From Amoebidium appalachense (taxonomy: Eukaryota; Protista; Ichthyosporea), in assembly GCA_963693365.1 (NCBI GenBank), contig CAVNZM010000004.1, positions 4,209,447 through 4,273,446 on the forward strand: 64,000 bases of DNA, given 5' to 3'. Numbering within the stretch: position 1 is the stretch's first letter; each line of letters begins with the position of its first letter. The notes beneath the pieces are model-generated. The model saw only the letters and a program-made list of their open reading frames with translations, was not told the DNA's origin and did not search any database. The position numbers and the translations under genes are program-made. Positions 1 through 33,046 of this stretch are shown piece after piece.

Positions 1-98
1 ATGGGAATGCATCAATAGATGGTAAATGGCTCATAGCAAGATTAGGCTGTGATTTGGGATGAGCTGCTTATGAGCTTTGCTATTTGCAGGTCTGCTAC

Positions 99-1027
99 CT
101 GCTGGCTCTGTGACCAACAAGGAAGAAGGGAAAAGGCGGGTCTGTGTACAGGGTGTGTGTGTGTGTGTGTGTGCGGCGGGGGGCAGGGGGGGGGGGGGGG
201 GAGGGGGGGGCAAAGGGGGAGGAGGGGGGGGTCAGAGAGGGGAAAGGAGGTTACCCTGCGGGGGGGGGGGGGGGGGGGGGGGGGGGGAGGGGGGAGAGGC
301 CTTACAACGAACTCTAAGCTAGGTAGCACGCTACGTAAGGTTTTACAGTGGCGCAAACGCAGAGGGCGTCTGTAGTGTACGTAGGCCACTGGCAGGACTG
401 CGCCAAAGATGTGAGACTTCATTTATTTTTGGACAGTTATTAAGGTGAAACCTGAGGACTGTATAACAGGATCAAGAATTCAATGAACTCTTGAGAGTGA
501 TCTCGTGTAAAGAATGGTGATCAGGATGATTATGATGGATCGCGTGCAGGGGAGAGGATGAGAGCAGTAGCGGGGAGGGGAAAGGCAGGGGGCAACGGAA
601 AGGGTGGGGAGGCGGGTGGGAGGGAGGAAGGGGGGGGGGGGGGGGGGGGGGGGGGGAGGGGGGTACCTTGGAATCTGGAATAAGTTAACACAGCTCCAGA
701 GGGCCTGCGGCCGGGCTGAGCCTAACACAAAACGGCCCAGAACGGGTGTTATTAGTGTGTGCATAGAGGCCTAGGGAGCTATGTGCTGTGGATAACGCAC
801 AAAAAAAAAACAACCAGTGATGAAAATTTCGAGCAGTGAGAATAGATGGGATGGACGGATCTAAAAGCTTTTGCTACCTGGGGTGAGGCGAACTGGCAAA
901 CAAGAAGAGATCTATCAAGCTCCTGCAACCTCAGAGTGATTCAGTACGTTTTCATGCACCCTTCTTATTATCCATCGGTATTGGGAACGATGCATAAAAG
1001 GCTTATAAGCTACAAACGTTGTACCAT
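99..1027 (-). CDS. Hypothetical spliced protein, 5' part; continues off the left edge
   Basis: ATG|GT at 1027-1025, then exons 922-878, 704-667, 369-306 and 141-99, all with AG/GT borders. They join in frame without a stop: MELDRSLLVCQFASPQALWSCVNLFQIPRRPLRLRHCKTLRSVLPSLEFVTRLFPSSLLVTEPA. No family recognised. Confidence 0.4.
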
Positions 1028-1164
1028 TTGAACAAAAAAAAAGTGCACTCTGAGGCTCTCGCGTTTCTTTGACAGCCTCTGTCAGTCTGTCCGGCCGGGG
1101 AAGGAGGGAAGGGGAGCTCTGGCCATTCCAACCATGTCCTCTCGAAATTTTCGAAGGCCGCAAA

Positions 1165-1300
1165 TAGCCAATAAAGCACGGCTCACTGTGCGCATTATTT
1201 GATTGGATTAAAGTGCATCACTTGCGCAAGCTCACCAAAGTGGTTAGCTACATCCACATTGTTCTTCAGGTATATAAACGCTGCCCGCCTTTTTCCCCCT
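1165..1300. promoter_or_regulatory. Putative bidirectional promoter
   Basis: CCAAT (~1168), ATTGG (1202), palindrome TTGCGCAA (1222-1229) and TATATAAA (1272-1279) followed by a pyrimidine tract. Lies between the divergent left-edge ORF and the snoRNA host. Confidence 0.5.
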
Positions 1301-1517
1301 CCCTCCCTCCCGTGAAACTGAAGATTTTCCGTACTGCAAGGCGCATTGGTACGTTTTTCTACTCTGTACACTGACCACAAGTGTCTCCTTAAGCAACGCT
1401 CCCCCCGCCCCCCCCCCTCGCCCCACCACCAGAACACTCACACATACACACTTTCCCACTGAAACCCCCTTGGGCCCACTCTCTCTGCTGCACATTCCAT
1501 ATTTCCAGCATGGCACC

Positions 1518-1564
<47 letters not shown>

Positions 1565-1629
1565 ACACCACTCGCTCCCTCCCTCGCTCCCTCCCTCGCT
1601 GCAGTTCCGTTAACTAAGTATCTTAGGAA

Positions 1630-1715
1630 GCTGGTATGATGACCTCGAATTTTTTCAGAGCACTGTCCGAATAACCCTGACGACTCACTTTTTCGCAATG
1701 CTTTGGCTGACCAGC
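1630..1715 (+). ncRNA. Box C/D snoRNA, copy 1
   Basis: Terminal stem GCTGG/CCAGC; box C ATGATGA (1636-1642); D' CCGA; C' TGACGA; box D CTGA (1707-1710). Guides TTCAGAGCACTG and TCGCAATGCTTTG are complementary to conserved LSU rRNA CAGUGCUCUGAA and CAAAGCAUUGCGA. Confidence 0.9.
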
Positions 1716-2006
1716 ACAACACACACGTTGCTACTGCAAATTTTACTGTCCTCTTGCTAACCATGAAATAATCGTTACAGGTGGGGCTACTGGCGCACGG
1801 AGATCCTTCGCTTAGTAGTTTAAGTAGGTTTCCTCCTGCCCCCCCCCCCTCTTATTGCCTGTCAATGGGATCCATGGTTTTTGGGGTTTTTGAACAATCC
1901 TGTGTACTGAAAATTGCTGTTGGTGTATGCCACCAATGTATGCTGTCCCCCCCTTTCCCCCCCCCCCCTTTTTTTTTCTCTCCCTGTTGTAAGAGACCGC
2001 CCGGTC

Positions 2007-2095
2007 TGCTGGTATGATGACCTCTAAGTTTTCAGAGCACTGTCCGAACATCATTGACGACGCAAAACTTTTTGCAATGCTTTGGCTGACCAGTA
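2007..2095 (+). ncRNA. Box C/D snoRNA, copy 2
   Basis: Same boxes and stem; box C 2014-2020, box D 2086-2089. Guides are conserved while the spacers diverge. Confidence 0.9.
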
Positions 2096-2395
2096 TCACT
2101 ACTCGTGGTTCTTTCGTTGGCTGCTCAAGCTTGATTACTGACCAAATGGTTTTTTGCTACGCAGGCTCGTAGATCACACGGTTGTGTTCTTCAGTGATAG
2201 GGCTGTCCAATGAGGTTAGTTCTCCCCTCCTCAATGCCCCCTTTTGTATATCCCCTTTCTCGTACTTTCCTTTCTGTATAGTTTTTACTGGCTCTTTGTG
2301 TGCTGCTGTGTTCTTTCAACCCCCCCTCCCTCGCTCCCTCCCAACCTTGCCGTTGATTGTTCTGTGTGTACCTCGATATGTGAAAGCCCAAGTCC

Positions 2396-2484
2396 TGCTG
2401 GTATGATGACCTCGAAGTTTTTCAGAGCACTGTCCGATCAACCCTGACGACTCAAACTTTTCGCAATGCTTTGGCTGACCAGCA
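2396..2484 (+). ncRNA. Box C/D snoRNA, copy 3
   Basis: Stem TGCTGG/CCAGCA; box C 2403-2409, box D 2475-2478; same two guides. Confidence 0.9.
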
Positions 2485-2894
2485 ATCCTGAGCTGTGTAA
2501 AATTCTTGGACTTTATGATCTTTACTGACGATGCTACTGTTTTTGCAGATGGACACGAGTTGCTGCACTGGGAGTCTTCTGAGGACAAAGGGGCCTGGTT
2601 CTATGTTCAATAAAAATGATCAATCAAAAAGATCAGTTCCTTTTGGTCACTTTCCCACACACTCTAGCCCCCTTGGTTGCTGTGTCGTGCAAATATAAGC
2701 ACATCGCCATTTGTTGCTGCGTGCTGCTTTAGTTTGCCCACATACACCTTCACCGTTTGCTCACCTTGCTTGCATAAGCAACCCTGCTAGTCTTTGATCA
2801 AGACGGGTTGGCCCTCCCGAGTTCAGTTGATGCTGCTGTCTGAGTTGGAGAGTCGTATGTCGCGGGGCTCAGGGGCTGATGCTCAGACGCATTT

Positions 2895-3049
2895 AATGAC
2901 GTGGGTCCTCCCTGAGGATGGGTTCTGCCGAAGTTATACGCATACTGTGCGCATTGCTGATGGAAGTTTGCCTTGCGCATGTGTCAAGCACCATGCTTCT
3001 CGTCGCGTATGTGTACATCGTACCGTGTTCCGCATTCGACCCCCCCCCC
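2895..3049 (+). repeat. Dispersed ~150-bp repeat, copy A
   Basis: Shares blocks CCTCC.TGAGGATGGG, CGCATACTGTGCGCATTGCTGATG, GCACCATGCTTCTC and TGTTCCGCATTC with 19174-19330. Ends in a C-run. Confidence 0.75.
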
Positions 3050-3926
3050 GTGGAACCCCGCGAGCTCAAGTCCCGGTGTATCATACCTCCTCCGCTTTCT
3101 ATTTGAAACACGTGAAGCATGAGGCTAGCTATGTTTCTGCTCACTAGTACTGTCAAACACCACCACCGTGACTCGTGCACGTTGGTCCAAAGTTTCGTCG
3201 ACGAGGTGGAGAGGTCGACACTCGGGTGCAGTAAATGTTGGTGACTTTCCTCTTCCTGGTGAGGCAGCTCTGTGCATTATGTACACTTATGTGTGGTTTG
3301 CACTCTGCATGGTGTTGTCCGTTATGAAAAGCAACACATTCCCCCCTCCTCCCCCCCCCCCTTCCAAAAAAAAAAGACACGTTTGGATGGTATTCAAAGT
3401 GAGTGTGTGTATGCGTGGGTACAACAGTGGTTGTTGGGTGGTGCCACTGGTGGTGGTGGTGGTGGAAGGTGCCGGGTGGAGGGCAGGGGGCCCCTGGCGG
3501 TGGTGGGTGGGGGGGGGTTGTTTCGTCTAGGCGGTGAACACTGTTGCCATACTGTAAGAACCTGCAGGCCGTGAAATGATGCAGGCCATCCGAAGTTCTA
3601 TTCAACACGAGTAGAAGTGAATAAAATACAGGAAACACTTCTGGCACAAGCTCATTCTTGAATGCACCTTGTGCCGATATTTACTTTCTACAGGTTACGT
3701 TTACATTCTACTCAGGTTACGTTCTACATGTGCACCTACTCAAGCTAAGTTTTTGAATTCGCGCGTAACAAGCATTCAGCTGCAAACAACACACTTCCTT
3801 TCTCGTGTTACACTGCCCTAAATTGCTCCTCCAGATACCTCCTGTCCCTAAACCCAGCTCAAAGAAAAAGACGGGGGAAGGTAAAAAAAAAAGAAAAAGA
3901 AAAGAAAAAACACAACGAAGAAACCC

Positions 3927-5465
3927 CTACAACTCTTCCCTCTCCCTAATTGGTTTCAGAAAACTCTCAGCCGGCTGGTCCGCACTATCAATTAGATGGT
4001 AGAAAAAGTTTACGGCCACGCCCAAAGACTCCACACTCACCCTCTCATCCACCCCGTGAAACCTCTTTGTGTCTTGTGTCGTCATAATGAACGGCCTAAA
4101 CCGATAAATGTGCTTGGTTAAACCCCAGTAGTGTCTCGTGTCTGTGTTTGCAATCATCAGAGCTGGAGCAACATGCACGTCCCTCATTCTCGAGACACTA
4201 TCCCGTATCAGAGCAAAACCAAAATCGCTATGTAAATGTGGCGAAATACGGCTTGGTGGACCAGACTCCCAAACATGCACACTAATCCTATCATCATTGA
4301 TCACTTCTTTTACGTGTGCAACAACGGAATCAATCGAATCAAAGGGGTGTATACGGAAATTCACAGTCGCCTTAACTTCATCAGGTAGAACGTTTTCCTT
4401 GATCCCCCCGTTTATCAATGTAATTGCCGTTGTAGTGCGCAAAAAGGAAGCTGTGGTAGGGTTCCTCAGCAAAAACCATGCCAAAAATGGTCGGAAAAAC
4501 CACAGGTTGGAAAAAACAACGTTGAAAGGAAACTTTGCCTCCGACGCCACTTGCTCAATCATTTCTCTCAAGGGGCTTCCTGCTTGAAAGTGCACTTGCA
4601 TCTGGCTCGTTTCCAGCTTGTACAATGCCTTGCTCATGATGCCGATGGCGGTCTCGGGCGGTGGCATGGATGAATGCCCCCCAGGCAATTTCAGTTGCAA
4701 ATCCATATACAGCCACCCTTTTTCTGCTACACCAACTAAGGCGAGGGGCTTTTTCAGGCCGGGTAGTCCGTCTGTAGTGATAAAAAGCCCTTCGTCGAGG
4801 ATGAATTCAAGGGCAACATTTCGCTTTTGCAGAACAGAAGATATCTCCTGGGCACCGGTCAACCCAGAAATCTCCTCATCATGCCCGAATGCGAGGTAGA
4901 TTGTGCGCTTGAATTCCCTTCCATTCTTTACCATGTAATTGGCTGCGGTGAGCAAAGTAACCAGCCCCCCTTTGTCATCCATCGCACCTCGCCCCCACAC
5001 AAACTCCGTGTCATTGCTTCGATCGTCGAAGGGATCATGTGTCCACAGATTTCGGGTTGCTTCAGCGATGGGAACAACATCAAGATGTGCACAAAGCATG
5101 TATGGTTTGAGCGAAGGGTCAGAGCCTGTAATGGTGTATAGTAGAGAATGTGTGTTTATGGCTTCACGCTTCACTAGAGGCGATGAATGAAGTTCTGGAA
5201 AAGACTTTTCAATCAATTGGTGCAACTTAAGCAACTCACTTTGGCTCATGTTACCGAAGGCGTAAGACACGCTCCTAACTGAAATTGCCTCTTTCAGGTT
5301 TTGGACGCACGCATCCGCCGGTATAAAGGTGCTTTCCTTCGGGGTGCATATTGGCACCTTTAACTGATAGCTTGGGATTGTTATTGTCCTGATGGTTATC
5401 ACAAGAATGACAAGTAATGAAAGTGCTGCCAAAAAGTTCTTGACAACACCTAGCCACTGCCTCAT
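3927..5465 (-). CDS. PM20D1: M20 family metallopeptidase / N-fatty-acyl-amino acid hydrolase (PM20D1/CPS1-like), intronless
   Basis: ~512-aa ORF with an N-terminal hydrophobic anchor and M20 motifs AHLDVVP, WGRGAMDDKG, GHDEE, ILDEG, GGHSS, GGIKENVLP, NTDTRHY and FHGVDERV. First ATG at 5465. Confidence 0.9.
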   Translation of the reverse strand: MRQWLGVVKNFLAALSLLVILVITIRTITIPSYQLKVPICTPKESTFIPADACVQNLKEAISVRSVSYAFGNMSQSELLKLHQLIEKSFPELHSSPLVKREAINTHSLLYTITGSDPSLKPYMLCAHLDVVPIAEATRNLWTHDPFDDRSNDTEFVWGRGAMDDKGGLVTLLTAANYMVKNGREFKRTIYLAFGHDEEISGLTGAQEISSVLQKRNVALEFILDEGLFITTDGLPGLKKPLALVGVAEKGWLYMDLQLKLPGGHSSMPPPETAIGIMSKALYKLETSQMQVHFQAGSPLREMIEQVASEAKFPFNVVFSNLWFFRPFLAWFLLRNPTTASFLRTTTAITLINGGIKENVLPDEVKATVNFRIHPFDSIDSVVAHVKEVINDDRISVHVWESGPPSRISPHLHSDFGFALIRDSVSRMRDVHVAPALMIANTDTRHYWGLTKHIYRFRPFIMTTQDTKRFHGVDERVSVESLGVAVNFFYHLIDSADQPAESFLKPIREREEL

Positions 5466-5559
5466 TTTTTCCAACTTGTGAAATGCTTAGTAAATGTGTA
5501 CAAAAGAATACTTTTCACCAGGGCCCCCTATATCTGAGTTGAACGAGAACGAACAAAGT

Positions 5560-5790
5560 TCTAACTGTGACGTGACAAGTCAAGAGTCAACTCACTACCG
5601 TACCGTCACACCTTTTTTTTTTTTTTTCACGTTTCATTTTCGATTTTTTTGTTTTTGCGCAAAACAAGTAAATGGATTCGATTGGCCGAACAGCAAACCA
5701 ATCGGCAATTATAACCAATCACAATGCCTACACACTATTGACAACCAATCACAAGCCTTAATCTGTACTTTTGCGCAAATGCTCCCAGAT
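5560..5790. promoter_or_regulatory. Bidirectional promoter between PM20D1-like and GSTZ1
   Basis: Four CCAAT boxes (5681, 5698, 5715, 5745), two TTGCGCAA palindromes (5655, 5771) and TGACGTGA (~5568) between head-to-head start codons 515 bp apart. Confidence 0.6.
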
Positions 5791-5979
5791 TATTTTGGCA
5801 GTGACCAGTGCCGCAGGTTGGGAAAGAAGGAAAGAAACAAAACAGCCCCTGAGTTCAAAGTTTTTCAGTCTTTTGTGTTTGCATTGGCATCTTTGAAGAG
5901 AACACCGTTCGCGACCTGAGAGTAGCAATACTAATAAGAATTGCCTGTCGTTAGACGTCGCAGCACACGTCACAGCACA

Positions 5980-12085
<6,106 letters not shown>

Positions 12086-12931
12086 ACAGATGCAGATGAT
12101 TCTTTAACTGAAGTCTTGGTTAATGCATCTACTAGTATATTTGCATTATGGTGTGGTCTTTTGAGGGGGTCTTTTGTGTGTGAAAAATTAGGTGTTTTCT
12201 GTGCCCTTGAGAGCTTTGCTTCCTATCGGTTCTTGGTGATGGTTAAAATTAGGTTTACTGCACCTCTTCCCGAGGCTACGTAGCCCTGCTATCATAAGAG
12301 GCGCCACAGACAACTTGATTATGTTTTCTACATATAATGAATGTCGAAAACTTATCCTAGGCTTCACAGCCAAATGTGTCTACCTTCGTCCGACCAAAAA
12401 ACGACTCGATGTATTTGCAACTTGGCACATTTACTTGTGATAATATCATGTGCTGATTGTATATGTAGTTCTATTTTTCACTGGTGTTGAATAAATGCGG
12501 CGGCACTTCAGCTGTTGCGCCTTGCAAAAGGCATGCACATGTTCTGCCCTGTGTACATGTGTACGTACTGCAGCTGTACATGTGGGGAAGGCGTGTAGAA
12601 AGCCTACTCGTGCAAATGCTTTTGACGTTCCAGGACCCTGCCTTGATTTTCAAATGCATTCATAGGCGCTCAGCTACTTGTATGTGCAATGGATCATGTT
12701 CGCGAGCTGCAGTTCAATGTGTGCTTTGTCGCGCTGAGCCTCGGCTCTGCAGTGTAAGTGGTTATGCACTTGGTGGCTGTGTGTATGCCGCATGATATGG
12801 CGTGTGCCTGTGTCAAGTGTGTTTGCTTGTGTGCTGTTAGTGCGTATAATGATAAGCAGAAGTTGTTCACTCAACAACGTTGTTCTTGTACGCCTGTACG
12901 TTACGCGTAATTACAGGCTACACTCTGTGGA

Positions 12932-13035
<104 letters not shown>

Positions 13036-13083
13036 ATGTGTTTGTATGTTTGCTGAGCACAGTGCGCATGATGTGTGCGCATG

Positions 13084-13143
<60 letters not shown>

Positions 13144-13839
13144 GTGTCACAGTGTCGGTGTGCGGGGCCTGATCCCCACTGGCACTGACTTCGCAAAACT
13201 GGCTCTGCCGCAGTGACGTCCGGTGAACTTTTTCCGACCAATAGTCGAAACCCAGCCAATCAAAACCACCAACAAGTAGAACAACAACCACCCAATCCCA
13301 CAATCACACTCCCACCGCCCTCAACTTCTTCCCATCCCCTTTTCCCTTGTGCCCCCTTTGAGTCCGGCAGTTAGCCGTATGCCCTTGCGGTGTGCGGCGC
13401 TGCCACTGTAGTGTCGCCTTAAGCCGGTGGGGGGATTCTTCCCATGGACCCCCCATGGTAGGCGGCCCTTAGAGAGGGCCTCGGCTTGTATGGGTGGCTT
13501 TGTTGTGTGCGAAGGCACCCCTAAGCTTGGGCGATATTGTTCGAAACTTACAGTTGCATTCTCTTCGTGTGTGTGCCAAGAGAGGAAAAGAAAAACAAGG
13601 TTAGCGATGGGCGTGTATGGGTGGCAAAGGACAGAGAGCTGGCATATGATGTTCGTCAGGTCTGGAAAGTTGGGAGGGTCATATATCACATGTTGCTTGG
13701 ATAGCATAGGGAGTTCGTGTCGTGGTTTTAGGAAAGACAGTGCCTGGGCAGTAGTTTACTAACCACATCCCGAACTAATAGTTCCTGGTTGAAGAAGAAG
13801 ATAATCGCACAGTGAGAGCAGTGGTGGATAAATGGAACT

Positions 13840-13990
13840 TCACGCATATATAGATCAGAAGGCACTTCGGCATACAGCGGCGGGTAACTGGTCAAGAGGA
13901 CAACGTCTTCTGCGTAGGTAGCCAACATGACTTTAGAACACTGGCAATTGCACTTGCAAAATCTGGTCGTGCAGTATAATGCGTTCCATC
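13840..13990 (-). pseudogene. Possible degenerate non-LTR retrotransposon RT fragment
   Basis: Translates KVMLATYAEDVVLLTS, resembling the LAYADDxVLL RT motif. Flanking frames are broken; single-motif evidence only. Confidence 0.25.
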
Positions 13991-14342
13991 TTGGTTACAC
14001 AATATACACGGTAATCAAACTTCGCCCATGCGTCTGGTGGACCCCGGATCCCCACCAAAAGCCCATCATTTGTGCAGGGCACATGTGTGCACGGGGATAT
14101 GGGTGAGGTGGGTTGGGGTGGGGGTTTAATGGTAGGGCTTTGAGGCCGAAGATAACATGATACTGGGTATCGTTGCACAAGGCACACAGTGACGTACAGT
14201 GCACACACGTGTGCACAAACATTTGCGATCCTTTCAGTGAAGTAAGAAGAAACGCGGTAGCCGTTTAAAACAACGTTCAATTTGAATTCCTGTCGCACTC
14301 CACCTCACCCTCTCACCCCCCTCCCCCCCCCCCCCAACCCTC

Positions 14343-14414
<72 letters not shown>

Positions 14415-14657
14415 TGTGACAGACACACAACACCACACCCCCACCCGATTTCTTGAGCCTGTCTCCACCCCGTTTCAACCTCAAGACCTTCCAGTCTCTC
14501 ACGTGCTGCGTTCCACCCCATTCCCCTCCCCCGTTCTCCGGCCCTCACCCATATGTTGTGTGCACGTGGATCATGGACACACACGTGAACTGACACACAT
14601 AAACTGTGACACATGCACACGAAATTCCATTTATCCAAAAACAAAAAATCGGTATAT

Positions 14658-14709
14658 CCAATCGCGCTTGTGACGTCATCATCATCTGAAAACGGCGGGC
14701 CCGCGAAAA
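14658..14709 (+). promoter_or_regulatory. Promoter module of the MYST gene
   Basis: CCAAT 14658-62, perfect CRE TGACGTCA 14671-78, and GGCGGG plus CCCGCGAAAA (E2F-like) 14694-14709, ~280 bp upstream of the ATG. Confidence 0.55.
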
Positions 14710-14981
14710 AAAATATAACGGTCGCAAGTTCAACAGGGGATTTTTCAAACTGTAAAGCTGCTTTGCAACTCAAGTGCCCGACCATAAGATTTCGTTTCAT
14801 GTAGTAGAAATAAAAGGGGATGCCTGTCCGAATACTATTCATCGTTTGCAGTCGCTAGTTTCTTTATAGCCGCCCAAAAAGCACAGTTGAAATGTGAGAA
14901 ACGAGGCCACAACACACTCTATAACTGAACATAAACCTATTATACGTTTGAAGGAGCTGTTTGGAGGGGGAAGAGAGAGAG

Positions 14982-27722
<12,741 letters not shown>

Positions 27723-28324
27723 ATAGGCCCAACGCTTTTCCCATACCGACTCCGCCGCATTGACATGAAGTGTGGAAATTCGGGGGTTTTCCTGCTCTCT
27801 TTGAAGTAGCTCTCTGTTTTCAGGATACTGGAGTTTCGCCCTTGCAAGCAAAAAGGGGTGTTTCGGAAGCGGGTGTGCCTCTCCTGCGGGGTTAAAGAAA
27901 AGAGAATGAGCCGAAGTGAAATTTTCAATGTTACGGCCGCAGCTGGAGTGCGCGGCGCGGTCATGACGTGCGAAGGCTTTTTCCCCCCGAGGTATTAGTC
28001 CGTAGTTTGGGCACTTGTGATCGAGTTGGATATTTTAGAGGGATATGCTGGAACCTCGAGGAATGTGGTGATGTTTGTTTGTTGGTTGATTGGTTGATTG
28101 GTTTTTGTTGTTGTTTTTGTTGTTTTTGGTTTTTTTTTGGTTTTTTTTTTTTTTTGGGGGGGGGGGTAGTGTATGCGCTTAGGATGCGGGGTGCAATGCT
28201 GGTTTGTGATTTTGGGAGCCATGTTTGTAGCATTGTACATATACATGGATCACGGGTTGATAGCGGGATGACTTGTGCTGGTTTTCGTTCAGCATTTACT
28301 TCCATGAATCCTTTTGTGACCTTT

Positions 28325-28378
<54 letters not shown>

Positions 28379-28648
28379 CTTCATTAGCATGATCGCTGCC
28401 GGCCAGGTTTGCAGGTAACGTAATTTCCCACGCGAATGTTTTCAAGATTATTATGACGTTAACGAGAAGTACATGATTTAAAAAATGTTTCCTATAAATT
28501 CTCTTTGTCGTCCGGCCTTGCCTTTCCCGATTATATTAAGTGTCAGTGAGCGCTCATTAGCTAGCCGTGGACCACAGGTACCGATCAATGAGTTGAATTA
28601 CACAGTCTATATTTTTGGGAAATGGTACATGGTGGAAGCACTGAGTCT

Positions 28649-28784
28649 GCCCCTCGTGCGCATGTGTGGCTTACCGCGTTTTCCAGCACAGCCACACACT
28701 AGACGAGGGGCGTCGTAGGCGCCCCCGGTCCGAGCTATACATATAACGAATTTATACACCACAGCCATGACACACTTGGACCGG
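28649..28784. other. Tandem hairpin pair (candidate structured RNA or MITE-like relic)
   Basis: GCCCCTCGT/ACGAGGGGC and TGTGTGGCT/AGCCACACA perfect 9-bp stems (28649-28711); CCGGTCC/GGACCGG-closed hairpin (28725-28784). Confidence 0.4.
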
Positions 28785-29914
28785 TGGAAGCCTACCTATA
28801 AGAAGGACAAAGCTAAAACTACCAAATTGATCAAACTTAGCCGAATTTAGGGGGAAATGATCATGACTCTAATATTAGCAAGCTTGCTATGTACCTTTGA
28901 ACGGATCTGTTGCTGTGGTTCAATTTCTTTTCGGGCTTGGCGGAGAACACAGGCAAGTTTCAGGTTGACCATAGTATCATAAGTTAGACGCGGGGATCTT
29001 CCGTACCACGAGGTATTTTTCCTTTCCTCCTGACACCTTTCCCGGTGCACTCGCACGCCCGGCGCACGGCCCGAGTCGCACCATGGGTTCAGGGACTCCA
29101 GAGCTCTCGCACCAGGCCTTCAAACGACACCTGAAGTGCACTGATCGTTGATTGGCTACAACTGCACCGCCGAATCGAATTTCTGTTTGATGTTGATTGG
29201 CCAACATTCAACATCATTTGTGAACCTTTCAAAACGGCTTTCCGGTGATTTTTCGAAACATAGACTCTTGTGAGCTAAGTTTGCATGTCTCCAATAACTC
29301 CTGGTGTGTAAATAGTATTAACTAGAGCTAGTTAGTTTGCCTCTAGAATGTAAATGCGAACAACACTTTGCACGTCATTTGGGTAATGCACAGAATGATG
29401 CAGAATTCATTCAGCTCCAATTAAAATAAGGCTTTTGGTGCAAAGTAAGCCAATCATATCATTTTTGCAGGAAGACCAATTATATACCTTTACTGCCTTT
29501 AGTTTTACCTATATATAGACAGCCAAAGTTTTTGATTCGTTAAATATCATCTAATGTTCTAGCAACCTTAGAGGAGGGCAGATTCTCTCGTTATTTATAT
29601 CTTCACAAGGCTTTCAGCGCGCACAACTCTCCCTCCCTTTTGTCTTATTATTCATCCCTTTACTTATTTTTTCCCCCAAACTGCTGATCAATATATATAC
29701 ATAAATAACTGCTGAGACTTCTTTAAACACGGCCTTGAACCCTTCGCATGCTGCAGCAATCCACTGTGCCAGAAAGGACGACCTAGTCACTTAGTGCACA
29801 TACATAACCCAAGTGTTTTATTTCATCCCGTGCATACCTCCATAAAGCACTTTGATGTTCATAGAGAACCTTTCGCTTTCATTTTTCTTTTCTTTTTTTT
29901 TTTTTTTTGCACAA

Positions 29915-33046
<3,132 letters not shown>

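Larger units (their letters stand above)
1300..2620 (+). ncRNA. Non-coding snoRNA host transcript (GAS5/UHG-type organisation)
   Basis: Short exons ~1604-1616, 1781-1827, 2165-2214 and 2549-~2620 with AG/GT borders and CTAAC/CTGAC branch motifs; AATAAA at 2609-2614. The joined exons give no long ATG-led ORF. One snoRNA per intron. 5' end is approximate. Confidence 0.65.

Noticed and set aside
298-465. U12-snRNA-like words (GCCTTA..GTAAGG, ATGTGAGAC, Sm-like ATTTTTGG)
   Set aside because: Spacing and the 5' conserved sequence do not match U12, and the region overlaps a candidate minus-strand exon.
744-802. H/ACA-like hairpin followed by ACA
   Set aside because: No convincing H box (AGAACG) or identifiable target, and it is antisense to the candidate host intron.
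4138-5190. Plus-strand ORFs of 80-150 aa
   Set aside because: Antisense shadows of the M20 peptidase CDS.
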